Assembly: GCA_949283025.1 (NCBI GenBank)
Contig: CASDRB010000008.1
Coordinates: forward strand, 85-64,084
Reading direction: 5' to 3'
DNA length: 64,000 nt
Origin: an uncultured bacterium
Lineage (GTDB): Bacteria > Bacillota_I > Bacilli_A > RFN20 > CAG-826
The position numbers and the translations under genes were made by a program. Positions 47,958 to 58,749 of the stretch are shown here, piece by piece. The stretch's first letter is position 1; each line of letters begins with the position of its first letter. The notes under the pieces are model-generated. The model did not search any database and was not told the DNA's origin. It saw nothing but the letters and a program-made list of their open reading frames with translations.

Positions 47958-49136
47958 ATGATTAATTTATTAAGAAAACTGTTTATTAAAAATTACCAAC
48001 AAATCAATGATCCAAAAGTAAGAGAAAAACATGGTATATTGGCATCGATTGGTGGAATAATTATTAATTTAATTTTGTTTGGTTTTAAAATTACTATTGG
48101 AATTATTTCTTTATCAATGTCTATTATTTCTGATGCTATTAATAATTTAACTGATCTATTTTCGTGTTTTGTCAATTTGTTTGGTTTTAGAATTGCGTCT
48201 AAACCAGCTGATGAAAAACATCCTTATGGCCATGAGCGAGTCGAATATATCGCTGGTATGATAATATCTTTCATTATCATTGCTGTTGCTATTGTTCTTG
48301 GTTATTCATCAGTTATGAAACTGATTAATCATGAAGACGCACCTACATATGATATATATGCGTTTATAATTTTAGCGGGGGCAATTGTTTTTAAAATTTT
48401 ATTAGGATTATTTTATTATGGATTAGGAAAAGCGATAAATTCAGAATCTTTAAAAGCCTCTATGAAAGATAGTTTTAATGATGTTATATGCACGTCTGGA
48501 GTTTTAATAGCGGCAATAATTACTCGTTTCGTGTCGGGATTATGGTGGCTTGACCCATCTATTTCTTTGTGCATCGCTTTATTTATTTTATATTCTGGTA
48601 TTAAATCAACAATCGAAACTGCTTCGCCACTTATTGGATTAACTCCCGACTCCCAATTTGTGCAAAATATTGTTAAAGATATCGTTTCATATGAAGGTGT
48701 ATTAGGAATTCATGATTTAATATGCCATTCATATGGCCACACTAAAATTTTTGTTTCGGTTCATGTTGAAGTTGATGGATATGAAAACATGATGGTCGCT
48801 CATGATTTAATTGATAATATCGAAAGTGACATTTCAAAAAAATATGGTATTAGTTTAACAATTCATATGGATCCTGTTGATACTAAAAATGTTTTATTGC
48901 CAGAATTAAAAACCAAAATAAGCCAAATTGTACATCAAATTGATAAGACGTTAACTATTCATGATTTAAGGGTAGTAAGCGGTCCAACTCACACAAATGT
49001 ATTATTTGATGTTTTAGTATCTCCTAATTTAAAAATGAGCGATGATAAACTTATTCAAAATATAAAAACACAGGTAGAAAATCTTAATTCTACTTATAAT
49101 GCTGTCATCAAAATAGATCGCAACTATAATAACTAA
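47958..49136 (+). CDS. Cation diffusion facilitator family transporter
   Basis: Six TM helices with SDAINNLTD and HPYGHERVE motifs, plus a C-terminal cytoplasmic domain. Confidence 0.85.
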   Translation: MINLLRKLFIKNYQQINDPKVREKHGILASIGGIIINLILFGFKITIGIISLSMSIISDAINNLTDLFSCFVNLFGFRIASKPADEKHPYGHERVEYIAGMIISFIIIAVAIVLGYSSVMKLINHEDAPTYDIYAFIILAGAIVFKILLGLFYYGLGKAINSESLKASMKDSFNDVICTSGVLIAAIITRFVSGLWWLDPSISLCIALFILYSGIKSTIETASPLIGLTPDSQFVQNIVKDIVSYEGVLGIHDLICHSYGHTKIFVSVHVEVDGYENMMVAHDLIDNIESDISKKYGISLTIHMDPVDTKNVLLPELKTKISQIVHQIDKTLTIHDLRVVSGPTHTNVLFDVLVSPNLKMSDDKLIQNIKTQVENLNSTYNAVIKIDRNYNN

Positions 49137-50659
49137 TCTTCTTTAATAATTTGATATGTAACATTTCGTTTTTTTAAATGGGTAGAAAAATAATTTTCTA
49201 TCTCTTTTTGAATTTCTGCACTTAGCAAATGGTTAACTACCACTTTCATTTTAATAGTGTCAACTTGATTTTCATCATTAGAAAAACTAATCATTTTAAC
49301 ACCTGGAATTGTATCAAAAAATTGTTTTAAAAATTTAATATATACACCGCGAACCAAATAATTCTGGTTGCGTCGATCAAAATGGATATAAATTCGCTTT
49401 TCTTTATCAAAAGAAACTATAAATTGACTATTTAAATATCCATTATAATATAGTTCATCCGTCTTTTTGGGCTCTTTATAATAAGCAATCATGTTGCTAT
49501 CAGATTTTAAATATAATTTTCCTTTTTTACTTAATGGATTAGTTTTAACTAAGATAGCATCAATCCCTTCGATTAGTTTTCCAAATGTCTCATCGCTTTC
49601 AACAAAGTACTGTTTGGTTGCAAAAAATCCACATGTTTCAACGCTTCCTAACACCGAGTAAAATCTTGGTGTTTGTCGACATTTTGATGATGCTAAAGAC
49701 CATTTGGTTTTTAAACGATATCTTTCATAATCGTTATAGACAACCCCTGCTTTTAATTTGTTTAAAAAACGATGCAATAATTTTTCATTGCTTTCAAAAA
49801 GTAGATCATAACTTTGATAATCACCACAAAAAACACCTATTTTTCCACTTTTTAATATTTTTTTAGTTTTGTAATCATCTTTATAACGGTCCATGCACAA
49901 TGTGATTCCGTTCAATAATGGCGAATGATAAAAACTAATTAGTCCAGGAATTGACATCAATGAAAAATCGCTCCACACTATTTGCCCATTAAAAGAATCA
50001 AAAAATTTAGACTGATTAAAACTAGCGGCGTGCAAGTTTTTATTGGAAAAACAACAAATATATGGCGTTTCATTATATCTTTCATTAGCGCCAATAACGG
50101 CAATAACATCTAAATTATGAAAATCAAAACTTGAAATCGCTTTGCGTTTTGATACGCGATAAGAAAAAGGAATACCTACTTTTGGAAGTCTATAATATTT
50201 GATATTTTTGATTAGTTTTTTAAAAGATATGTTCGGATTAAAATCAAATGTTTCATTGTCAATCACTGTAATTTTTTCTTTAATGTTACTAAACAATTTG
50301 TAATTTTCAATGTAGATATCTTTTTCTAAAAACATAATCCTAGAATTACAAATGCTATCAAACATTATTATTTCATCACCGCTTAATGTAGGATTAATTA
50401 AATGAATGATAATTCCTAAACGATTGCATGCATAAATTAACGCTAATGAAAAAGGTGAGTTATCAAGACAAATAGAAACAACATTGCTTTGGTGAAGTTG
50501 CAATCGAGAAACTAGATATTCACTCAATAAATTAATTTGATTTAAAAAATAACGATAAGTATAAAAATGGCCACGATAGAATAATGCTTTTTTATTGGGA
50601 AATTTTTCAAAAGCACAATGCAAATCGTAATATAAACCCATATTAACTATAAACTCCAA
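49133..50659 (-). CDS. ANL (AMP-binding) superfamily-like protein with degenerate catalytic motifs
   Basis: N-terminus YYDLHCAFEKFPNKKALFYRGHFYTYRYFLNQINLLSEYL, plus LGSVETCG (A5-like) and DRRNQNYLVRGVYI (A8-like). The phosphate-binding loop position reads GANERYNETPY instead of T/S-S-G-T/S-T-G-x-P-K-G. TGD is replaced by NSQ. Confidence 0.6.
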   Translation of the reverse strand: MEFIVNMGLYYDLHCAFEKFPNKKALFYRGHFYTYRYFLNQINLLSEYLVSRLQLHQSNVVSICLDNSPFSLALIYACNRLGIIIHLINPTLSGDEIIMFDSICNSRIMFLEKDIYIENYKLFSNIKEKITVIDNETFDFNPNISFKKLIKNIKYYRLPKVGIPFSYRVSKRKAISSFDFHNLDVIAVIGANERYNETPYICCFSNKNLHAASFNQSKFFDSFNGQIVWSDFSLMSIPGLISFYHSPLLNGITLCMDRYKDDYKTKKILKSGKIGVFCGDYQSYDLLFESNEKLLHRFLNKLKAGVVYNDYERYRLKTKWSLASSKCRQTPRFYSVLGSVETCGFFATKQYFVESDETFGKLIEGIDAILVKTNPLSKKGKLYLKSDSNMIAYYKEPKKTDELYYNGYLNSQFIVSFDKEKRIYIHFDRRNQNYLVRGVYIKFLKQFFDTIPGVKMISFSNDENQVDTIKMKVVVNHLLSAEIQKEIENYFSTHLKKRNVTYQIIKED

Positions 50660-51548
50660 GACAAATGCTGATTAATATGAATATGGCAACAAAAACAATT
50701 TGATGACCAAGATAAAACCATAAAGAATTTCTCCCAATAAAACAAACCGGTCTCATCCATCGATAATTATGATTTAAATGTAAGCTTGGATCTTTATACC
50801 ATGTCTTTGCCACTAATGCACCGATGAAAAATCCAATAATATATGGAAACAACGACATATAATCACTATGAAGATATGGATGATTGTTTATTACAATTTT
50901 ATCTGGGGCCCAAAATGGCCAATATAAAAATGCTTGATCCCCAATTTGTTGATAAAAGGCGGGCAATATAAACATAGAAAACATCAACAATGAAAATGTT
51001 ACCCAAAAAATACCTTTAGCGTTAAATTTTTCAAAAACACTATAAAGTAAGACACAACAAGAGATGACTGCGATTATATTAAAATTGATAAGTAGAACTT
51101 GACTATCACTAAAAATTGGTTTACCGGTTAACAATGGAGTATGCAAATAAGCATTGATTAAGTTAGTAATTAAAGCTAAACCACTACTAAACAAAAGCAT
51201 TTTAATTGCTCTTTTTGCATTATTTTTTGAAAATGCACAAGAGATACCACTTAAAAAAACAAATGTCATCAACGCCATTTCACGAACGATAACATAATAC
51301 CAAGCATTAAAGTAATATTTATAAATATATGAATGCAAAAAATCAGTCCAAAATCCGCTTCCATAATCAATGGCATATAAAATTCCGGGCAAATAATCTC
51401 TTAAATCATACATAATATGATCAAAAAAGACCAAAATTAAACAAAAACCTCTTAAAAAATCTATAATTGCAATTCGTGAATCAAATACACTTTTATATCT
51501 TTGTGATTTTATTGTTAAATTTGAAGATATAGCCCTTTCAGAATTCAT
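50643..51548 (-). CDS. DUF1624-type membrane acyltransferase (heparan-alpha-glucosaminide N-acetyltransferase-like)
   Basis: RIAIIDFLRGFCLILVFFDH signature and about 9 TM helices. 17 nt overlap with the downstream ANL-like gene. Confidence 0.6.
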   Translation of the reverse strand: MNSERAISSNLTIKSQRYKSVFDSRIAIIDFLRGFCLILVFFDHIMYDLRDYLPGILYAIDYGSGFWTDFLHSYIYKYYFNAWYYVIVREMALMTFVFLSGISCAFSKNNAKRAIKMLLFSSGLALITNLINAYLHTPLLTGKPIFSDSQVLLINFNIIAVISCCVLLYSVFEKFNAKGIFWVTFSLLMFSMFILPAFYQQIGDQAFLYWPFWAPDKIVINNHPYLHSDYMSLFPYIIGFFIGALVAKTWYKDPSLHLNHNYRWMRPVCFIGRNSLWFYLGHQIVFVAIFILISICLGVYS

Positions 51549-51618
51549 ACGAATAATTATATATTATTTTAGTTCCATTGAAAATAATAAAAGGATTGCA
51601 TACGCAATCCTAATTAAT

Positions 51619-54471
51619 CTAAATCTTGGTGGCAGTTTTAATCACAGTATTTATCTCATCATTGCAATGAGCTGCAATAAATGTATCCATTACTGTTAAA
51701 TCCACTTCGCTACCTACATCAACCAAATCTAATGATGCGGAAATTTTTATCGTGATGCCAACGCTGATATTTAGATTAATATCTAATCCTGAGAGCATAG
51801 CCGTTTCACTATTGACGCGAACTTTAACAGTCAGCGATTGCAAATCAGGATTTTGTGCTAATTCAGCAATATTAATATCGATAAAGAAATAAGAGCCTTG
51901 TTCTTTATAATAGAAATCTTTTAATATAGTTTCATATCTAATTTGTCCGTTAGCAGATGTATTTGAAGATTGGATTTGATCCATAACCCAACTTCTTAAG
52001 CCCATTACAAATTCACACAAATAATACATGATATTATCCATAAAATAATCCAATTGACAAACAGAAGTATAATTAACATCGTATTGAGTTGTAAAAATAA
52101 TTCCATTAGAAACGCGATCTGTTCTTCTCAAATATACCAACCCGTCCCGATAATAAATGCTAGCAGTTCTGGATTTTGTAGAGGTATAATCAGGATCACC
52201 ATTTGCAAGCCCAACGATAGGTATATCTGTTAAATCCAATGATAAAGAAACATTTCCTTGATTATTTTTGATTCTTAAATCAATAGGTAAATCTTTATCA
52301 ATAATTCCAAGGATATTTAAATTTGCTTTCCCAACTAAACGATAATCATTAAATTCAGCAGTGTTAATACCTAATGAAAGTAATAATTTTATATCTGAAA
52401 AATCAAAATATGTATTCATAGGATCTAATCTTGTAGATTCTAAGGAAGGATCAAAGTCAGTCAAATTTATGTTAAAATTAATAATAGTGTTATTGAAATT
52501 TATATTACTGAATTCGATACCATACAAATGCGTAGAATCATAATTGATAGTTAAATGCATAATGCAATCTAATCCAATTAAGGCGCCGCTTAAATCTAAA
52601 TCAATAGTAGTAGGTGTTATTTGAATATTGCTAAATGTATTTGTGGCAAACAAAATACCAATGTCACCATTTAATGCCTGATATAATGGCGTCTCGCTAA
52701 TTTTTTGTAATATGTCACCAAATAATTCCATAAAATGATCATCTTTATTGTTAATGATATCTCCAACCATAGTATAAATATCATCAATTGCAGCACCATC
52801 AAGTTTTCCACGAAGTGTTTGGTTATATGCAAAAAGCAAAGTTTTATCTTGGCGATAATCAGCTTTCAAATTATGCGTATAATTAGTTTGATCAACAATT
52901 GTGACTTCACCATATCCATAGGTATCTAAAACATCGAATTGTAACCCTCCATTAATTGACACAGGAGCAGCTTCTTCACTAGAGGATGTAACTTCACCGT
53001 TAAACTCTAATCTAAATTGTTCCTGATTAATTAAGTTAAAAATAGTTGGTACTAATTCCATAGCAGGATCTAAAGCAACATATTCTGATGTGACTGGACT
53101 AACTAAATTGAATGGCTTGACATCAATATCGACATTGACAATATAACCATTATATTCATAATCATCTAAATGAATTCCTAACAATGTTTGATAATCAATT
53201 GAAGCATAAATAGTAATTTGATTAATTTGCAATCCAAACACCGATAAATCAATAGTAATAGAAATTTTATCTTCTAAAACATCTATTGCGACTATCCATG
53301 AATTTAAATTTTCTAAATTTGCAATCAAATTAGACAATTCTGGTCCACTCACAGTTGTGGTTAAATCATCTAAAAGAGTTTTAATCGTGTCATCACTAAT
53401 TTGATTTAACAAATAATCAATCAAATTTGATGTAGTTTGATTTTGAATTGATAATTTGTTTATATCAGCTTGATTGATAAACAAAGTATTATTTTTTAAA
53501 TATAAGCCAAATTGATGATGTCTATTATTTTCATCAATCCCAATATCAAAAGATGCAGCATTATTAGTTAAATCATACGATAGATCACCATTGATGCTGA
53601 TAACATTTTCAAGACCATTTAAAGTTTGTTTATCCAAACTTACGTTTAAGCCGAAGGTGTTATTTTTATTTTGAAATAAATTATAAAAACCATTGATTAA
53701 ATTAAATGCTGGTCTAAATGATTGATATGTAGGAGCGCCTTCTATAGTTTCTGGATTTAACAAAGCATCAGTAGGTACATTTTCGCTACTAATATCACAA
53801 TCCAAAAATACAAATAAATCATCGTAAAAAAACTTATTAGTTCTTAATCCAGTAAACTGATAATTAAAATCGCTCTTGAAGAAAACTGAAATTGTTTCAT
53901 TTAAATCCAATTCAAACATATACCCATCAGGACAAGATGTTGGTTCCATATTGCTCAGTTTTGATGTCACGTCATTCAAATCTAACGTTTTGATTTCTTC
54001 CGGCATCGAAATATTGACACCCATAGAAGGGAGCATATCAATAAAATCAAACAAATCAGCTTGTTCTAATTTAAGATGGCTTTGATTGTAATCAACATAA
54101 ATTGTCTCATCAAAATATCCTAAAGACCCTGTGATAGAAGAAGCGCCATAATTAGCGAATAAATCTCCACTAATTTTTAAATTAGACAAATCGCTGACAT
54201 CGGCTACCCCTTGTATGTCGATACAACCATGTGTCATATCTTGCTGATAAGTAAACTCTAAATTAGCGTCAATATTAAACTTATTCAAACTCATCAATGA
54301 TGTAAATAAGACTTCTGATGGTTTTAAAGGTGTGTCTGGATTATCGGTTGGCAATTGTTCTGTTGATTGTGGCGTATAATTGCGATAGCAAAGATAATAT
54401 GTAATCGCACCACTAACTCCAAACAATGTGGCAAATAACACAGTTTGCTTTAACAAAAACGAATGTTTCAT
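51619..54471 (-). CDS. Large (950 aa) N-terminally membrane-anchored protein, unknown function
   Basis: One N-terminal TM (VLFATLFGVSGAITYYLCY). The rest is N/D/I/L-rich and looks beta-rich. No recognisable motif. Confidence 0.7.
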   Translation of the reverse strand: MKHSFLLKQTVLFATLFGVSGAITYYLCYRNYTPQSTEQLPTDNPDTPLKPSEVLFTSLMSLNKFNIDANLEFTYQQDMTHGCIDIQGVADVSDLSNLKISGDLFANYGASSITGSLGYFDETIYVDYNQSHLKLEQADLFDFIDMLPSMGVNISMPEEIKTLDLNDVTSKLSNMEPTSCPDGYMFELDLNETISVFFKSDFNYQFTGLRTNKFFYDDLFVFLDCDISSENVPTDALLNPETIEGAPTYQSFRPAFNLINGFYNLFQNKNNTFGLNVSLDKQTLNGLENVISINGDLSYDLTNNAASFDIGIDENNRHHQFGLYLKNNTLFINQADINKLSIQNQTTSNLIDYLLNQISDDTIKTLLDDLTTTVSGPELSNLIANLENLNSWIVAIDVLEDKISITIDLSVFGLQINQITIYASIDYQTLLGIHLDDYEYNGYIVNVDIDVKPFNLVSPVTSEYVALDPAMELVPTIFNLINQEQFRLEFNGEVTSSSEEAAPVSINGGLQFDVLDTYGYGEVTIVDQTNYTHNLKADYRQDKTLLFAYNQTLRGKLDGAAIDDIYTMVGDIINNKDDHFMELFGDILQKISETPLYQALNGDIGILFATNTFSNIQITPTTIDLDLSGALIGLDCIMHLTINYDSTHLYGIEFSNINFNNTIINFNINLTDFDPSLESTRLDPMNTYFDFSDIKLLLSLGINTAEFNDYRLVGKANLNILGIIDKDLPIDLRIKNNQGNVSLSLDLTDIPIVGLANGDPDYTSTKSRTASIYYRDGLVYLRRTDRVSNGIIFTTQYDVNYTSVCQLDYFMDNIMYYLCEFVMGLRSWVMDQIQSSNTSANGQIRYETILKDFYYKEQGSYFFIDINIAELAQNPDLQSLTVKVRVNSETAMLSGLDINLNISVGITIKISASLDLVDVGSEVDLTVMDTFIAAHCNDEINTVIKTATKI

Positions 54472-54483
54472 AATAAAAACTCC

Positions 54484-55377
54484 TTATTCATAAATGCAAT
54501 TTGTCGATAAGTCTGGTATATCGATTTCAACATCTTGATAATAATATTCATTGATAACAGAATCGGATTGATGGAATCCTAATTTATAAACTTCATATTG
54601 TTCGCTCACACAGCGACTAATTAAATTTAATTGATTGTCTAAAATAAATTGAATATGAACTTTGCTAAATGTTGGATAGCGTTCTAAATTAGACATTTCT
54701 TTCATTTGCTTGACATATCTAACTACTGATAAAACTGGGTCTAATTCAACATCAATTACATAATTTTGTTCATCATTTAATGAAAAAGAACTATCCAAAA
54801 CTGTTTTGGAAGAAATGACATAAATCGATGATCTAGACAACTGTTTCCCCCACAAATCTTCATATTCTTCGCAATTTAAAACATCGCTAGGAGTCCCGTT
54901 CCATGTCGCTGAAGAACCATTTTTAATTGAACTGCCATTAAATAAATTAACTTGATTAGGTTCATCTTGATAAAAACGTTTAGCAACTTTAACAATAGAA
55001 GACGCAGAGATAGATTCATTAAAATAATCGTTTTCTTGGCGAATAGATGTCCCTTTAATAGTTTGAGTAATGCCAGTTGCTTTGACCCACCCATCGGTAA
55101 CACTATAATGATTAGTAGTTTCATCGAATTTGTATATGCCAATATTTGCCAATTCGTAACCTTTAAAATTTGTATAATCACCATTAGCCTTGCTGTAGCG
55201 ATTCATCAACGATTGATAATCATCTTCCAACGCTTCAGCAGAATAATTATAATTGGGGACCGCTTTTAAATATTTCATTCCAAAAAAGATGCCAAGACCA
55301 GTGCCTGCCATTAATGCTAGTGAACAAACTATCGAGGTAACAATAATATGATTAGTTTTTGAAGTCAGCTTTTTCAT
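54484..55377 (-). CDS. Membrane-anchored protein, unknown function
   Basis: N-terminal TM (IIVTSIVCSLALMAGTGLGIFFG). 12 nt upstream of the 950 aa gene. Confidence 0.65.
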   Translation of the reverse strand: MKKLTSKTNHIIVTSIVCSLALMAGTGLGIFFGMKYLKAVPNYNYSAEALEDDYQSLMNRYSKANGDYTNFKGYELANIGIYKFDETTNHYSVTDGWVKATGITQTIKGTSIRQENDYFNESISASSIVKVAKRFYQDEPNQVNLFNGSSIKNGSSATWNGTPSDVLNCEEYEDLWGKQLSRSSIYVISSKTVLDSSFSLNDEQNYVIDVELDPVLSVVRYVKQMKEMSNLERYPTFSKVHIQFILDNQLNLISRCVSEQYEVYKLGFHQSDSVINEYYYQDVEIDIPDLSTNCIYE

Positions 55378-55540
55378 ACATGGTTATTATATTCTTACAT
55401 GCATATATATCACGCTATTGTGTAAAATATTTAAAATAGAGATTAATCGCCAATAATTAGAGCAAAATAATCAATTCTACAAAAAATAGAATCATAATAA
55501 TATATTTGATTAGTGCTGATAAAAAGTTATAATTAATAAC

Positions 55541-56134
55541 ATGAAAAATATCAAAGAAATTGTAGGAGAAAACCTTCAATTATTAAGAAAAGAGAGAAAA
55601 TTAACCCAACTAGAAGTGGCAGAAATGTTTGGCTATTCAGATAAAGCAGTCTCAAAATGGGAAAACGGAGACACTTTGCCAGATTTAGAGACATTATATA
55701 AAATTAGCGCTTTTTATGGTGTGACATTAGATTTTTTAACACACGAAGGCGATGAAAAAATTAAAGCTCAATTTAGAGTTAAAAAATCCAATAAAATTTC
55801 AATCGTTTGCTTATTAGTGTCGTTAATTTGGATGTTAGCCACCATTATTTTTGTTTGGATGGGAATGACTGCAGATAATTGGTTTTGGCAAGCTTATGTT
55901 TGGGCCGTGCCCGCTTCATGCATTTTATTATTTTATTTAAATCATCGCTGGGGACGCCGCATCTATATCTTTTATATTATTACCGTTTTTATTTGGTCAT
56001 TAATTGCTGCTTGTTATTTACAATTTTTATCATATAATTTATGGCCGCTTTTCATCTTAGGAATCCCGGCTCAAATTTCATTGTTGCTTTGGGTCGGAAT
56101 AAAAGATAGTATCTTTCCAAAAAAAGATAAATAG
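55541..56134 (+). CDS. XRE-family HTH regulator fused to a 4-TM membrane domain
   Basis: LTQLEVAEMFGYSDKAVSKWENGDTLPD followed by four hydrophobic helices. Confidence 0.8.
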   Translation: MKNIKEIVGENLQLLRKERKLTQLEVAEMFGYSDKAVSKWENGDTLPDLETLYKISAFYGVTLDFLTHEGDEKIKAQFRVKKSNKISIVCLLVSLIWMLATIIFVWMGMTADNWFWQAYVWAVPASCILLFYLNHRWGRRIYIFYIITVFIWSLIAACYLQFLSYNLWPLFILGIPAQISLLLWVGIKDSIFPKKDK

Positions 56135-56136
56135 TT

Positions 56137-56747
56137 TCACTTTGAAAGACGTTTCTTACACCATTTTATTTGTCCACAATTAGGACATTTTAATCTTCTT
56201 TTTGTTATAGTGTGCATTCCTTTTACATATTCTTTAGCGTTTGGTATAAATAAATGATGGCAATTAGGACATTCATAATAGCCCGTCTCAATATCTAACG
56301 CACAACATACAATAATACCTAAAACAATAATTACAAATGCTATAACAATCAATAATGTTTTTATTGCAATGTTATTAATTAATTCCATTGACGCTAAAAC
56401 AATCAACGGAATAGAACCTAATGAAAACATAATTGAAACGATAATTGCTAAGATAATTTTCTTTTTATTTGATTGTCTTTCTTTTAAAGAAAAAAGCAAG
56501 TTTTTTTCCGCTTCAGTTTTGAATTCGTTTTCGTTTTTAATTTCTTTCCCTGATAGCAATTCATTGACGCTAATTCCTAAAATGTTGCACAATTCAACCA
56601 TTAATGAACTAGACGGCAAACATTTACCACATTCCCATTTAGAAACGCTTTTAAACCAATGTCTAATTTTTCGGCTAATTGCTCTTGCGTTAATCCTTTT
56701 TCTTTTCTTTTTTGTTTTATAAAAACACCGATTTGTTTTAAATTCAT
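56137..56747 (-). pseudogene. XRE-family HTH / membrane / zinc-ribbon regulator with a 1 nt frameshift in the HTH
   Basis: ORF 56601..56795 (MNLKQIGVFIKQKRKEKGLTQEQLAEKLDIGLKA..) and ORF 56137..56619 (..LPSSSLMVELCNILGISVNELLSGK) are two halves of one HTH. The frame carrying SVSKWECGKCLPSSS is reached by adding one nt near 56645..56650. Confidence 0.7.
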
Positions 56748-56809
56748 AATTATGTCCTCATCAAAAATAATAGTTTTTAAAACAAATACCACCACTTAAA
56801 AGTCGAATT

Positions 56810-57853
56810 TTAAAAAATACAGGAAAAATTATATTCGCTTTTTATTTGATACATCGTATTCATATATGAAAATCTGTTTTTAGAATAAATATAAACAAAA
56901 TCTATTAGTTCTTTTATAACATAAACAGGAGCGATTTCATCATAAATATCTTGTGTTGGCCAAATTGTAAATTCAATTAAATTTAAATTTGAAATAGTAT
57001 TGACTATAGAATCGCTTTGATAATCAAAGACGTCGTATTTAAATTGATAATCAACAAAAGAATACCTGTGTTCACTTTTTTTAAATTTTAATAATGGATA
57101 TTCGTCAATGATTCGATAAGTTTTATTATGAATATAAATGTAGCCATTACTAATACGAATACTTTTTTCTGTATTTGAATAATAATAAGTTATTTCATAA
57201 TAATATCCGCCAGCAATATTTGTTATTATTGAATCGATAAAAACAACTTTGTTTTTTAAAAATGTACATGTGGTAGCAATATCGTCTTTATCATAAGAAT
57301 AATAAATATCAATTAATGAACCGGGAGCAACTCCGTTGTAACCATTTTCGATTCTAACCGTATTAACATCTTCGTTTTTTATATCATTAATCCATGGATA
57401 AATTTCATTTAATCCATAATAATAATTTTCCCAATTAGAATCTTCATCATCGCATATTACATCAATTGTAGCTGAAAAGTCTAAATATGAAAAATCAATA
57501 ATATAATTCCCTTGTTTATAAAAATATATTAAATATGTAGTTTCTCCACCATTTTCAAAATAATCAATATAATAATTGTGATTATCTTGACCAAATTCAC
57601 AAATATCTCCAACAAAACTCATAGATTTTGAGCCAATCCATTGGGGATATATTGTCAAAGCAAAAGTTAAAAACGTGTTGCAAATGTATTTATTATCTTT
57701 TTTTATAATTGGTTTATATTGGTTATCCTCATATAAATTAAGTTCACCATAAATGCCAGTGAGTTTTGGCTCGTCTCCGCCTAAATTTATCGACGAACAT
57801 CCCTCACTAATTAAACAGGTGCAAATAGCTAATAATAGTTTTAAAACTTTCAT
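56810..57853 (-). CDS. Hypothetical lipoprotein
   Basis: MKVLKLLLAICTCLISEGCSS signal with lipobox. The mature part is Tyr/Asn/Ile-rich. Confidence 0.65.
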   Translation of the reverse strand: MKVLKLLLAICTCLISEGCSSINLGGDEPKLTGIYGELNLYEDNQYKPIIKKDNKYICNTFLTFALTIYPQWIGSKSMSFVGDICEFGQDNHNYYIDYFENGGETTYLIYFYKQGNYIIDFSYLDFSATIDVICDDEDSNWENYYYGLNEIYPWINDIKNEDVNTVRIENGYNGVAPGSLIDIYYSYDKDDIATTCTFLKNKVVFIDSIITNIAGGYYYEITYYYSNTEKSIRISNGYIYIHNKTYRIIDEYPLLKFKKSEHRYSFVDYQFKYDVFDYQSDSIVNTISNLNLIEFTIWPTQDIYDEIAPVYVIKELIDFVYIYSKNRFSYMNTMYQIKSEYNFSCIF

Positions 57854-57907
57854 AAATTAATCCTTTGTTATTAAGACATTTCTTTTTTATAAAAAGGTGC
57901 AAAAAAA

Positions 57908-57926
57908 GCATAGATATTCTCTATGC
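57908..57926 (-). terminator. Rho-independent (bidirectional) terminator
   Basis: A7-GCATAGA-TATTC-TCTATGC-T5. Confidence 0.7.
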
Positions 57927-58017
57927 CTTTTTATTTTAATAAACTAAAAGACTATAAAAGTTTAATTGTAATTGTGCAATATCTATTGCTTGCATCAATG
58001 CTAACTGTAAATTGATC

Positions 58018-58452
58018 TTAATAAGTAAATACATCTTTGCCGCCGCTAGAATTTAAAACATAACCTAAATCAATTAAATCTTGACTAATAGCGGCATAAT
58101 ATCCTCTCTCATCAATATTGTCAGCATAATTTTGAGCCATTAAAATGTAAGAATTTGTCGAACTACTTGGCATATAATAATATTGTTTTTCAAAATCATA
58201 GCAAGGTAATAAATTAGCATCGCCAATCAAATTATCTAATTCGGATTTGACATTGGTATTATATTTAACATCATGTTGTTCCCAAGTAGTTTTTGTGGGC
58301 ATAACGTATACTTTATGAGAATATACATAAATCATAAAAGCATTATATGCTTCATCTTTTAATAATCCAATTTCAATTTCTTCTCCTAAAAAATACGAAT
58401 CTTCATCATAGCCATTTTTTCCTTTATATTCATATCCAGCATCCAATAGCAT
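58018..58452 (-). pseudogene. Hypothetical protein fragment; the reading frame appears to continue upstream in another frame
   Basis: The ATG 58452 ORF is preceded by ..KLNINNTSSRPWICYNKDGG in the -1 frame. The switch coincides with a C5/G5 run at 58480..58484. Confidence 0.35.
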
Positions 58453-58749
58453 TTGAACATAATCTGAGCGATTCCAATGCCCCCATCTTTATTGTAACAA
58501 ATCCACGGACGACTGGAGGTATTATTTATGTTTAGCTTCCTGCTTTTGATAGCGCATTTTGCTGTCCCATCGGCAAGCCTACTAGTGGTTCATGGTTTGA
58601 ACGGGTGGCAAATCCAACCAATATTATTCGAATAAAAGGTAAAAATACGAATTTATTTCTAATAGAGTTGAATATTTTTCTTTAAACTGATAAAATTTAA
58701 TCGAATAAAATTCGTCTATACGAAAAATATTCGACTAGAGGACTCAACA

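Noticed and set aside
58480-58620. Structured RNA (for example SRP RNA, because of AGCAGGAAGC) in the GC-rich patch
   Set aside because: Only a short resemblance to the SRP conserved region was seen, with no convincing helix 8 fold by eye. Decayed coding sequence explains it better. Infernal could settle this.
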